Shown: positions 31,592 through 40,798, counted from the first letter of the stretch. The stretch: DNA of 56,996 nucleotides from Candidatus Tectomicrobia bacterium RIFCSPLOWO2_12_FULL_69_37 (GCA_001790955.1 MGDP01000055.1:1-56996); one strand, 5' to 3'. Numbers and translations: made by a program. The notes: generated by a model not told the origin, from the letters alone.

Positions 31592-32000
31592 ATGAGAATC
31601 TCGACGAAGGGACGCTACGCCGTCCTCGCCATGATCGAGCTCGCCCGGCACTCGCAGACCCACCCCATCCCGCTGCCGCAGATCGCCGGGCGGCTGGCCA
31701 TCAGCCAGCACGCGGGGGCCGGGCGGGGGCTACATCCTGGCGCTGCCTCCCTCCCAGATCAGCATGAAGGGCGTGCTCTCGGCCGTGGAGGAGGAGATCC
31801 GCCCGGTGGACTGCGGGGACGACGACGAAACGGGTGGCCCCTGTCCCAGCATTCCGACCTGCGGGAGCCGCCTGCTCTGGAAGAAGCTCGAAGCCGCGAT
31901 CGACCGGACCCTCTCGGAGACCACCCTGGAGGAGCTCTGCACGGGCCCGAAGGAAGAGACCGAACGGGTGCGGCTCCCGAGCTTCCCGGTGAGCATTTAG
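31592..32000 (+). pseudogene. Rrf2-family (IscR/CymR/NsrR-like) regulator disrupted by an internal deletion and frameshift
   Basis: N-terminus MRISTKGRYAVLAMIELARHSQTHPIPLPQIAGRLAISQ is in frame 31592. From about 31708 the Rrf2 continuation (T)RGPGGGYILALPPSQISMKGVLSAVEEEIRPVDC..C..C..LW...TLEEL is in the +1 frame (track ORF 31764..32000). About 18-19 aa of the recognition-helix region is absent. Confidence 0.7.
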
Positions 32001-32019
32001 CCGTCCCAGGAGCCTCGCC

Positions 32020-33126
32020 GTGCGCATCCGCACGCTCGCTCTCCTGCTCGCTTCCGCCTGGCTGGGCGGGTTGTCCCCCGCCGGGGCGCAGGACCTCCCC
32101 CTCGACCAGATCAAGCTCCCGCCCGGCTTCCGCATCCGCCTCTTCGCCCGCGGCGTGCCGGGCGCGCGCTCCCTCGCCCTGAGCCCCTCGGGGACGGTCT
32201 TCGTCGGCTCGCGGGGGGCGGGCCGGGTCTACGCCCTGCCCGACAAGGACCGCAAGGGGCGGGCGGACGAGGTGGTCACCCTCGTCCAGGGCATGGACAC
32301 CCCCAACGGAGTGGCCTTCAAGGACGGCGACCTCTATGTGGCGCAGATCCACCGCGTGCTGCGCTACCGGGGGGTCGAGTCCCGCCTCAAGGACCCGCCG
32401 GCCCCCGAGGTGGTCTACGACAAGCTGCCCACCGACCGGCACCACGGCTGGAAGTTCATCCGCTTCGGGCCGGACGGACGGCTCTACGTGCCGGTCGGCG
32501 CCCCCTGCAACATCTGCGGCCCGGGCGACCCCTACGCCTCCATCCACCGGCTGCGGCCGGATGGGTCGGGCCTCGATGTCTTCGCCCGGGGGGTGCGGAA
32601 CACCGTGGGCTTCGACTGGCACCCCGTCACGAAGGATCTCTGGTTCACCGACAACGGCCGCGACTGGATGGGGAACGACCAGCCCCCCGACGAGCTCAAC
32701 CACGCGCCGAGGGCAGGCCTGCACTTCGGCTACCCCCGCTGCCACGGGAAATCCATCCTGGACCCCGAGTTCGGCAAGGCAGGGGACTGCGCCCGCTTCA
32801 CCCCGCCCGCCCAGGAGCTGGGGCCTCACGTCGCCTCCCTCGGCATGCGCTTCTACACGGGGAGGATGTTCCCCGCGCAGTACCGCAACCAGATCTTCAT
32901 CGCCGAGCACGGCTCCTGGAACCGCAGCACCCCCATCGGCTACCGGGTGAGCCTGGTGCGTCTCGAGGGGAACCGCGCCGTCGCGTACACTCCATTCGCC
33001 CACGGCTGGCTCCAGGGAAGGGCGGCCTGGGGCCGGCCGGTGGACGTCCAGGAGCTGGCGGACGGCTCGCTCCTCGTCTCGGACGACCGGGCGGGGGCGG
33101 TCTACCGCATCACCTACGAGCCCTAG
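32020..33126 (+). CDS. secreted PQQ-dependent sugar (glucose/sorbosone) dehydrogenase family protein
   Basis: 368 aa. Signal peptide MRIRTLALLLASAWLGGLSPAGAQD. Beta-propeller motifs (NGVAF, HHGWKFIRFGPDGRLYV, RNTVGFDWHP, DELN). Confidence 0.8.
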   Translation: MRIRTLALLLASAWLGGLSPAGAQDLPLDQIKLPPGFRIRLFARGVPGARSLALSPSGTVFVGSRGAGRVYALPDKDRKGRADEVVTLVQGMDTPNGVAFKDGDLYVAQIHRVLRYRGVESRLKDPPAPEVVYDKLPTDRHHGWKFIRFGPDGRLYVPVGAPCNICGPGDPYASIHRLRPDGSGLDVFARGVRNTVGFDWHPVTKDLWFTDNGRDWMGNDQPPDELNHAPRAGLHFGYPRCHGKSILDPEFGKAGDCARFTPPAQELGPHVASLGMRFYTGRMFPAQYRNQIFIAEHGSWNRSTPIGYRVSLVRLEGNRAVAYTPFAHGWLQGRAAWGRPVDVQELADGSLLVSDDRAGAVYRITYEP

Positions 33127-33232
33127 GGCGGGCGTTCCACCCGCTTGATATTCCGGCCCGGCGCGGCCATCATCTTCTCGGATGCGATCCCATCGGCTGG
33201 AGTTCCCGAGGGCGCCCGCCCGGGAGGACGCC

Positions 33233-33820
33233 ATGCGCATGCGGTTCCCGAGCGGCCCGCGGATCATGCGGGTGGCCGCCCTGCTCCTCGCGGCCTCGGC
33301 CGCCCTGGCGCCCTCCGCCCGGGGGCAGGAGCTGAAGAAGCTCGATTTCATCCAGGACTACCTGAAGTGGAGCGCCCTCTATCGGGATCCCGTCTTCAGC
33401 GCCACCCACGGGAAGCGGCTGGTGCGGACCTACATGAACCCCCCCGCCTGGGCCGAGTGGCAGCGCTACCAGAAGGCCCCCGAGGGCTCCCAGGCCAAGC
33501 TCCTCGCCTTCCCGCCGGGCAGCCTCATCGTGAAGGACTCCTGGGAGAACCTGAACGGCAAGCCGGGCGCGCGGGCCTACCTCTTCGTCATGCGCAAGGA
33601 GGCGGCCAACGCCAAGCCCGACGCGGGGGACTGGTACTGGGCCATCGCCACTCCGGACTTCCGCGTCCTCAAGTGGGAGGGGCGGATCTTCGAGGGCTAC
33701 GCGGGGAACGTGCAGTACTGCATCAACTGCCACAGGCTGGCGGAGGGGAACGACTTCTTCTTTGGCTCCCCGGACAAGCTGCCCAAGCAGGAAGAGAAGC
33801 CCGCCGGGAGCGGCTACTAG
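33233..33820 (+). CDS. cytochrome P460 family protein (secreted)
   Basis: ATG 33233 preceded by GGGAGGA. Signal-like MRVAALLLAASAALAPSARG. Single C-terminal heme motif CINCH and an overall P460-like pattern. The start could instead be 33266. Confidence 0.7.
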   Translation: MRMRFPSGPRIMRVAALLLAASAALAPSARGQELKKLDFIQDYLKWSALYRDPVFSATHGKRLVRTYMNPPAWAEWQRYQKAPEGSQAKLLAFPPGSLIVKDSWENLNGKPGARAYLFVMRKEAANAKPDAGDWYWAIATPDFRVLKWEGRIFEGYAGNVQYCINCHRLAEGNDFFFGSPDKLPKQEEKPAGSGY

Positions 33821-33838
33821 CCCAGGGAGGAGCCCCGC

Positions 33839-34828
33839 ATGAAGTACCGCAAGCATGAGGCCAAGGAATACGCCAGGGGGGCGTTCCGGGGCATCTGGGA
33901 CTCCCTCTCCACGCCCTTCACCCCCGGGGGGGAGGTGGACGAGGCCGGCATCCGCCGGAACATGGACCACGTCATCGAGGGACTCCGCGTGGACGGCCAC
34001 TACTGCTCGGGCAACGTGGCCGAGTTCTGGTCGCTCTCCACCGCGGAGCGCAAGCGGGTCCACGAGGTGTTCCTGGAGGCCGCGGCCGGGCGCATCCCCA
34101 TGATGGCCGGGGTGCACGACCAGTCGGCCGGGAGCGCGGTGGAGATGGCGCGCCACGCCCAGGACATCGGCTACGACTTCGTCATCATCCTCACTCCCTT
34201 CATCGCCGCGCGGAACGACGACGCCGTGGCGGAGTACATGACCTACGTCGCCGAGCGGGTGGACATCGGGATCGTCATCTTCAACTCTCCAGGCGCCTGC
34301 CACCCGATCGGGCCGGATCTCGCGCGGAGGCTCGCCGCCCTGCCCAACGTCTGCGGCATGAAGCAGGCGGACTGGAACCCCCACGCCACCATCCTGCTCG
34401 AAGAGGCGGTGGGGGACCAGATCGTGATCAGCGTGGCGGAGGAGGCCGTCTGGCTCCACAACATGACCCAGATCGGCCACCGCTGGCTCATCACCTACAC
34501 CCCCCACACCTATCAGGTGCCGGGCTGGCTCCCGCTCAAGGAGTACACCGAACTGGCATTCGCCGGGGACTTGAAGCGCGCCACCGAGGTCTCGGCCAGC
34601 CTCGCCCCCCTGCGGACGGCGAACACGCGCTGGATCATGGGCCCCTGGGGTCAGGGGCGGATGCCCGTCGCCGCCCTCAAGCACTGGGAGGGGCTCATCG
34701 GCATGGCCGGGGGCCCGGTCCGGCCTCCCGTCCTTCCGCTCACCCGGGAGGAGAAGGAGGATCTCCGGGCCGACCTCAAGCGCGCCGGGCTGCTCGCCCG
34801 CGCGGAGGCCGCCGCGGCCTCGAAGTGA
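33839..34828 (+). CDS. dihydrodipicolinate synthase/N-acetylneuraminate lyase family protein
   Basis: 329 aa. TPFTPGGEVDEAGIRRNMDHVIE and a class I aldolase-like body. RBS GGGAGGAG. Confidence 0.75.
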   Translation: MKYRKHEAKEYARGAFRGIWDSLSTPFTPGGEVDEAGIRRNMDHVIEGLRVDGHYCSGNVAEFWSLSTAERKRVHEVFLEAAAGRIPMMAGVHDQSAGSAVEMARHAQDIGYDFVIILTPFIAARNDDAVAEYMTYVAERVDIGIVIFNSPGACHPIGPDLARRLAALPNVCGMKQADWNPHATILLEEAVGDQIVISVAEEAVWLHNMTQIGHRWLITYTPHTYQVPGWLPLKEYTELAFAGDLKRATEVSASLAPLRTANTRWIMGPWGQGRMPVAALKHWEGLIGMAGGPVRPPVLPLTREEKEDLRADLKRAGLLARAEAAAASK

Positions 34829-34918
34829 CTTTTCCCGCCGGGTGCGGGGTGGTATGGTCCCAGCCGCCGGGTCATCCGCGCAATCCCTTGTGCCGTCTCC
34901 ATGCCTGAGGAGAGAAGG

Positions 34919-35956
34919 ATGGCGTTCGAGCCCGTCCGCACCGCGTCCATGGGCCTGGGAAGGTGGGCCAACGTCCTGGCCGACGCCGCCCTGCGGGGAG
35001 GGAGGATCCGCCTCGTCTCGTGCTTCAGCCGCACCGCCGAGAAGCGCCGGGAGTTCAGCCGGCGCTACGGCGCCCGCGAGGCGGGGACCTTCGAGGAGTT
35101 CCTCGAGGACCCCGAGATCGAGGCGGTCATCCTCACCACCCCGAACCACAACCACATGGAGAACATCGAGGCCCTCGCCGCCGCGGGCAAGCACGTCTAC
35201 TGCGAGAAGCCCATCGCCCACAGCCTGGAGCACGCCCGCAAGATCGTCCAGGCGGTGGAGCGGGCGGGGGTCAAGCTCGCCATCGGCCACAGCGCCCGGC
35301 GCCTCGCCCCCTCGCGCAAGCTCAAGGAGCTTATCGAGGCGGGGGAGATCGGCAAGGTCTCCATGTGCGAGAGCAATTTCTGCACCGAGCGCGGCCTGGA
35401 GCTCAACCCCGCCATGTGGCGCGCGAGCGGGGAGCTCAACCCGACGGGCGTCGTCATCCAGCTCTCCATCCACCACGTCGACACCCTGCGCTACCTGAAC
35501 GGCCCCGTCCGCACCGTCATCGGGTGCCTGAAACGCATGCACGCCACCGCCGACGTCGAGGACACCTCGATGATCGTGATGGAGCACGCGAACGGCGTGC
35601 TCTCCTACGTGGGGGGCGGCTGGGCCTGCCCCTGGGCCTTCCACATGAACGTCCACGGCACCAAGGGGGTGGCCCACTTCCGCATCACGGGCCAGCAGTG
35701 GCGCGACCCCTCCAAGGCCCCCGAGCCCATCCGGCTGCGCGTCGACCGCGACCCGCTCGGGAAAGACACCGTGCACGACATGCCCGAGGGGGACATGTTC
35801 CGCGACGCGCTGGAGGACTTCGCCGCCTGCGTGCGGGAGGACCGCGCCCCCGAGGTAGACGGCCGGGCGGCCTACGAGGCCCTGGCCGTGGTCTACGCGG
35901 CGGCGGAGAGCTCGCGCGCGGGGAAGGCGGTGGAGCTCAAGGAGTTCATGCTCTGA
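34919..35956 (+). CDS. Gfo/Idh/MocA family oxidoreductase
   Basis: ATG 34919 preceded by GGAGAGAAGG. Rossmann N-terminus (GLGRWANVLA), conserved EKP (YCEKPIA) and a C-terminal alpha/beta domain. Confidence 0.82.
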   Translation: MAFEPVRTASMGLGRWANVLADAALRGGRIRLVSCFSRTAEKRREFSRRYGAREAGTFEEFLEDPEIEAVILTTPNHNHMENIEALAAAGKHVYCEKPIAHSLEHARKIVQAVERAGVKLAIGHSARRLAPSRKLKELIEAGEIGKVSMCESNFCTERGLELNPAMWRASGELNPTGVVIQLSIHHVDTLRYLNGPVRTVIGCLKRMHATADVEDTSMIVMEHANGVLSYVGGGWACPWAFHMNVHGTKGVAHFRITGQQWRDPSKAPEPIRLRVDRDPLGKDTVHDMPEGDMFRDALEDFAACVREDRAPEVDGRAAYEALAVVYAAAESSRAGKAVELKEFML

Positions 35957-36011
35957 GGCCGCGCCCGGCAGGGTGGGGCGCAACGAACACCGAAGGGGAG
36001 GATGTGGCCCG

Positions 36012-36539
36012 ATGGAATCGCCCGCGTTTCTCGTGAACGTGCTGACCCGTAACGTCCAGCAGGTGCAGAAGGCCCTCGATGCCCTCAGCGACGCCGACCT
36101 GCGCATGACCCCCGATCAGGTGAAGGCCAACCCCGCCGGCTGGCTCGTCTGGCACCAAGCCCGCTTCGCCGACCTGGTGCTCAGCCACGCCGGCGGGAAG
36201 ACCCAGGCCTGGGCCGAGGGAAACTGGAGCGTGAAGTTCCCCGGCGCCCCCGCCGACCCCAAGAAGACGGGCCTCGGGGACACCATGGAGCAGGTGATGG
36301 CCATGAACTTCCCGAAGGCGGCGCTCTCCGGCTACCTCGACGCCGTGCTCGAGAAGGCCAAGAGCGTGGCCTCGGGCCTCACCTCCGCCGACTTCGGCCG
36401 CGAGATCAGCCACCCCATCCGGACGAACGAGAAGGTCAAGATGGGCGACCTCCTCGCCGGCATGACCACCGACTTCGTCCAGCACTCAGGCCAGGTGTGC
36501 TACCTGCGGGGCTACATCACGGGGCCGGGGTGGCGGTAG
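36012..36539 (+). CDS. DinB superfamily protein
   Basis: ATG 36012 with GGGGAGGA 9 nt upstream. Four-helix-bundle-type sequence with spaced His residues (WLVWHQARFADL..., DFVQHSGQVCYLRG). Confidence 0.65.
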   Translation: MESPAFLVNVLTRNVQQVQKALDALSDADLRMTPDQVKANPAGWLVWHQARFADLVLSHAGGKTQAWAEGNWSVKFPGAPADPKKTGLGDTMEQVMAMNFPKAALSGYLDAVLEKAKSVASGLTSADFGREISHPIRTNEKVKMGDLLAGMTTDFVQHSGQVCYLRGYITGPGWR

Positions 36540-36557
36540 GAGAGGCCCGGGCAGGCC

Positions 36558-36584
36558 GGCGGAATGAAACCCCCGTCCGGGCGG
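36558..36584 (+). repeat. copy 1 of a dispersed ~23-45 nt repeat (GGCGGAATGAAACCCCCGYCCGG)
   Basis: ggcggaatgaaacccccgTccgg matches 41587..41609 at 22/23 positions, including an 18-nt exact run. Upstream 14 nt match 10/14. Confidence 0.7.
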
Positions 36585-36647
36585 CTTCTGCGCCGATGAG
36601 CGTGGCGGCGGGTCATTGATGGCGAAACCGAGACGGGAGATCGGCGC

Positions 36648-37448
36648 GTGAGCCCGATAATCTTTCAAGTCGGACCCCTCGCCCTCCGCTGGTACGGGCT
36701 GATGTACGTGACGGCCGCGCTCGTTGGCGCCTGGCTCGTCCGGCGCGAGGCGGAGCGGAAGCGGCTTCCCATCACGGCCGACGAGATCATGAATTTCGCC
36801 GTCCTCTGCGTCTTTTCCGGGCTTCTGGGGGGGCGGATTTACTATGTCGCCTTCCATTGGGATTTCTACGGCCAAAATCCATGGGAGATCCCCCAGCTCT
36901 GGCACGGCGGGCTCGCGATCCACGGCGGGCTGTTCGCGGGGGTCATCGCCGGATTCCTCTACATCCGCCGCCTCCGGCTTCCCCTCTGGCCCTTCGCGGA
37001 TGCGGTCGTGCCCGCGGTCATTCTCGGCCAGGCCTTCGGCCGCTTCGGAAATTTCATGAATGGGGACGCCCACGGGGTGCCGACCCGCCTGCCCTGGGGA
37101 GTGGTGTTTCCGCCCGGAAGCGTCGCGGGCCGGGAATTTCCCGGCACGCCCACCCATCCGGTGATGCTGTACGAGCTCGCGTTGAATCTGCTCTGGTTCG
37201 GCATCCTGATGCGGCTGCGCCTGCGGCCCCACAAGCCGGGTTTTCTCTTCTGCCTGTACTTCGTGCTCTATTCCCTGGGGCGGGGAGCGGTGGAGGGTCT
37301 CCGGGCGGACAGCGAATGGATCGGCCCCTTCCGGGCCGCGCACGTGTTCAGCCTGATGCTCGTCCTCATCTTTGGCGGTATCATCCTGAAATACCGCCTC
37401 TGGGAGGCCGGAGGGGGGAAGGAAGAAAGAGGCAAGAGCCTGAAGTAG
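36648..37448 (+). CDS. lgt: prolipoprotein diacylglyceryl transferase
   Basis: 266 aa, GTG start. LRWYGLMYVTAALVG, GGRIYYV and HGGLAIHGGL are Lgt signatures. Confidence 0.9.
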   Translation: MSPIIFQVGPLALRWYGLMYVTAALVGAWLVRREAERKRLPITADEIMNFAVLCVFSGLLGGRIYYVAFHWDFYGQNPWEIPQLWHGGLAIHGGLFAGVIAGFLYIRRLRLPLWPFADAVVPAVILGQAFGRFGNFMNGDAHGVPTRLPWGVVFPPGSVAGREFPGTPTHPVMLYELALNLLWFGILMRLRLRPHKPGFLFCLYFVLYSLGRGAVEGLRADSEWIGPFRAAHVFSLMLVLIFGGIILKYRLWEAGGGKEERGKSLK

Positions 37449-37493
37449 GGGAGGAGCGTTCCCTCGCCGTAGCCAGGACGCTCGGGGGATCAT

Positions 37494-39156
37494 GTGAAGA
37501 TCTGCAAGAACGATCCCTTCGCGGTGCTTCTCATTGACCGCTTGAAGCTGTCGCCGCTGGGTGCGGCCGTCCTGGTGCTTCTCGTCAACTGGGGCGGCGA
37601 AGGCCTCATGGCGTACATCGACGGGACCCACACGGTCCCCGGATTCTCCGTCCGGGAAACGCTGCTGACCGCCTCCGACCAGGTCATTCGAATCGATAAA
37701 GCGAACGCCGACCTGTTGCGTCATTTGGACAAATTGATCCCAGGGGCCGCCGGTGGGAAGACCCCCACGGGCACCATCGATGTGGAGCGGATCCGGAAGA
37801 ACGAGCGCGAAAGGCTCAAGAGAATCGATGAAAAGGGCCTCCTCGAAATTTACGCCGCTTTCGTGTGGGAGAAAGCGGATGCCATGCCGCGCGAAGAATT
37901 GGTAAAGGCGTTGCTGGACCGGAGGCGGCGGATCGATTCCGGAGCGGGAAGATCGGCCGGGGGGGAGCCGCTTCCGGAGAGACTGGACCGCTTCCTGTAT
38001 GACGAGTCTTTGCCGAAACTGAGGTCGCGGTACGTGGATTACAAGATAGAGGATGCCGAGAAGAGAATGAGGGAGGCCGAGAATCACGAGAAGGAGGAGG
38101 CCCAGAAGAAGGAAAGCCGGAAGGCCGTCATCGTGGATGAAATGTACGGGTATGCTCTCGTCGGGTTGTTCTACCTCCACGACTGGGCCGGCTACATCAT
38201 GAGGGTTTTCTTCTTTCCCGTGGTGATTGGCCTGATGGTTTTGTATTACCGCACGGTCCCGAAAATGTATGAGTCGCTGTTTGGGGCGGGCATCATCCAG
38301 GGCAAGAGTGATGCCGAGGCGCCCAGAAAGTTTGTCCGGTACATGGAGCGGCTCTATAATCGGCGGCTGGATGTCACCCTGTCGCTTGTGGCCGTCGTGA
38401 TTTTTCTGATGTACAACGCCGTGAATTTTTATGAGAACAATAGGTACGAATTCCTGGATCCCCGGTGGAATTCCTGGGCCTTTTATTATCATTTTCTTCT
38501 GGGGAACGGCGTCATCCTGGGGTGGATGGTCGTGAATCTCTACTGGAAAGGCATTATCACGATATACGGATTGCATAAAATGTTCCGCGCGTGCCAGGGA
38601 GGGGTGAGGCTGCGGGGCGGGATAGCCGTCGAGTTGGAGCTGAAGCCTGACGCCAGCAACCGGGATGGCTTCGCGGGCTTGGGGGCGCTCGGGCGGGTGG
38701 GCTCGCGAATGAATTGGATCGTGTTCGCGACGGGGATTGCCATCGCCCTCTTCACTCGTGGTCGCGATGCAAGTCCGCCATATGTCCATCCTGGCGGTCG
38801 GCGTCCACCACATGATCAGTCTATTTCTGTACCTGATCGCGGCACCGGTCTTGTTTCTCGCGCCTTTGTTCGCGGCCAGCCGCGCGATGAAATCCGCGAA
38901 GGACGGGATTTTGAAGGATCTGGCCGGCGACATCCAGGGCAAGTTCGAATCCTTCCGGAATCTCTCCGGCGCGGAAGCCGCCGCCTCCCCTCTGGGCCAG
39001 CAAGTGGCCATGCTGCAAGCCTATTATGACCGCGTCTCTTCCTTGCCCACCTGGCCGCTGAACATGCGGACGTTCTCCTTCGTCTCCGGCACCATCGTCT
39101 TCCCGATCCTGCTGCCCATCGCCGTCGATTTCATCAAGACCCGCATGAACTTCTGA
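37494..39156 (+). pseudogene. uncharacterised coiled-coil + multi-TM membrane protein, reading frame broken near 38750
   Basis: Frame 37494 encodes a plausible protein up to ...MNWIVFATGIAIALF, then degenerates into Arg/Gly/Pro-rich text. The +1 frame (open from 38713; track ORF 38737..39156) continues with TM-like SLVVAMQVRHMSILAVGVHHMISLFLYLIAAPVLFLAPLF... and ends at 39156. No family recognised. Lowest G+C in the window. Confidence 0.55.
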
Positions 39157-39159
39157 CGG

Positions 39160-40755
39160 ATGGGAGACACCTTGTCCCTTCTGCGCCAGGCCTTGCTCCC
39201 GCCGAATCTCGTTTCGATCGCCCGGCTCGCGCTGATCCCGTTCATCTGCATCGGCCTGTTCCGGGAGGACACCCTGTCGGTCGTTTTCACGGCGCTCCTC
39301 ATGACGGCCGCCGGGCTCTCCGACTTCCTGGACGGCTTCCTGGCGCGGAGGTTCCGGCAGGTCAGCGAGCTCGGGAAGATACTGGACCCCGTCTCGGACA
39401 AGCTGCTGATCGCCCCCGCGGTCGTCATCCTCGTGTTCACCCGGGATTTTCCCTTCTGGCTGGCGGTCCTCATCATCGGGCGGGATCTGGCCATCCTCCT
39501 GGCGGGCGTCTACGTGTCGGTGCGGCAGCGCTTCTCCCCGCCGGGCGGGAGGGGAGCGGTCCCTTCCTCGAATCTGACCGGGAAATGGACGTTCACGTTC
39601 CTGGTGTCGCTGACGGTGTCCTATTTCATCGAGTTCGCGTATGGCCGGGCGGTGTTCACGTGGCTCTCGGTCGTCTTCCTTCTCCTGTCATCGGCTTCCT
39701 ACCTGCTGGCCGAGTTCTTCCAAATTTCCCATCCCCTTTCCCGCGTGATGGCGGACCCCGTTCAGGCGTTCGTTCCCGCCTGGGGAAGAAGGGCCGCGCT
39801 TTTGTTCATATACGCGGTGGTTTTCGCCAAGCTCTTCTTCTGGCTCGGGACCGATGAGCGGGTGTCCGCTCAAGCCCGGGTGCTGGCCGGCCCCGAGCGG
39901 GCCGTGGCGGACGCTCTGCTGGAGAAATACGCGCCGGTCCTCTACTTCGTCGAAGGGGAATATTCCTTCCCGGTCGAGGTCCGGGCGATGCTCGAGAACA
40001 GCGATTTGCGCCGCGACGCCGGCTTCTTCTTCCGGATCGGGGACCGCCTTCTGGCGCGGCGCCCGGTCACCGCCGAGGCGCTGAAGGCGCACTCCGGGAC
40101 CGGCACTTACCTCGATTTGAGCGACGGCTGGTTCACCTCCCGGAAACGGCTGGCCCGGTCGATCGAGAGGAGATACAAGAAAATCGTTTACGGCCGCGTC
40201 GTGCGGGATTCCTTCGGGGGGGAGGACTTCACCGTTGTCCAATACTGGTTCTTCCACCTCTTGAGCGGGGTGGGCTCGACGGAATTTGTCTACCACGAAG
40301 GGGACTGGGAAACCGTTTCCTATTTTCTCGATTCTTCCCTGCGCCCGAGGTATGCCGCCTATTCCCAGCATTTTTACGCGCGGGTGCAAGGCTGGGAAAA
40401 GGTCAGGAAGGAAGACGGCCATCCCGCGGTTTACGTTTCATATGGGGGGCATGCCCCGCATTTTGCCGAGGGCCTTCACCCCAGCTATTTGGACAACGGG
40501 ATGGTCATCCCGTTGGGGAATGACCTGGCTGCGGCCGGTATCCGGTGGACGCACCCGGAGGTCTACCAGCTCTCCCGGATTGACGATGAAACGGATTGGG
40601 CTTCCTACGCCGGGAGGTGGGGGGGAGTGAACCCCAAGTCCCCCACCGGCCCGCGCTACCGGAGCCCGCGGAACCCCGCCCTCTCGATGTGGTCCCATCC
40701 GGTCAGATGGATGATCCACTACCGCGCGCTGCCGGGGAATACGAAGAAGAAATAG
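39160..40755 (+). CDS. fusion protein: CDP-alcohol phosphatidyltransferase (N-terminal, membrane) + Vps62/DUF946-like domain (C-terminal)
   Basis: 531 aa. SDFLDGFLARRFRQVSELGKILDPVSDK is the full D-x2-DG-x2-AR-x8-G-x3-D-x3-D motif. The C-terminal ~300 aa carry LLEKYAPVLYF, VVQYWFFH, YHEGDWETVSYF, HPAVYVSYGGHAPHF and YAGRWGG. Confidence 0.8.
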   Translation: MGDTLSLLRQALLPPNLVSIARLALIPFICIGLFREDTLSVVFTALLMTAAGLSDFLDGFLARRFRQVSELGKILDPVSDKLLIAPAVVILVFTRDFPFWLAVLIIGRDLAILLAGVYVSVRQRFSPPGGRGAVPSSNLTGKWTFTFLVSLTVSYFIEFAYGRAVFTWLSVVFLLLSSASYLLAEFFQISHPLSRVMADPVQAFVPAWGRRAALLFIYAVVFAKLFFWLGTDERVSAQARVLAGPERAVADALLEKYAPVLYFVEGEYSFPVEVRAMLENSDLRRDAGFFFRIGDRLLARRPVTAEALKAHSGTGTYLDLSDGWFTSRKRLARSIERRYKKIVYGRVVRDSFGGEDFTVVQYWFFHLLSGVGSTEFVYHEGDWETVSYFLDSSLRPRYAAYSQHFYARVQGWEKVRKEDGHPAVYVSYGGHAPHFAEGLHPSYLDNGMVIPLGNDLAAAGIRWTHPEVYQLSRIDDETDWASYAGRWGGVNPKSPTGPRYRSPRNPALSMWSHPVRWMIHYRALPGNTKKK

Positions 40756-40798
40756 GGCGCGCCGGCCGGGAAGGCCGCCACGGGGAGCGGATGCGCCG

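Noticed and set aside
33170-36106. 978-aa minus-strand ORF antisense to the P460, DHDPS-like, Gfo/Idh/MocA and DinB genes. Similar long antisense or off-frame ORFs occur at 6673-9159, 11771-13921, 21965-23641, 25741-27639, 29749-31275 and 54978-56579.
   Set aside because: All have low-complexity Gly/Arg/Pro/Ala/Asp/Glu composition, and each lies opposite or out of frame to genes with strong family signatures. They are GC-bias artefacts.
36486-39011. 841-aa stop-free ORF on the minus strand spanning lgt and the low-GC membrane protein gene
   Set aside because: The product is Pro/Arg/Gly/His/Asp-rich with no motifs. The plus strand encodes a textbook Lgt and clear TM helices. Long antisense ORFs are expected in GC-rich DNA because TTA, CTA and TCA codons are rare.
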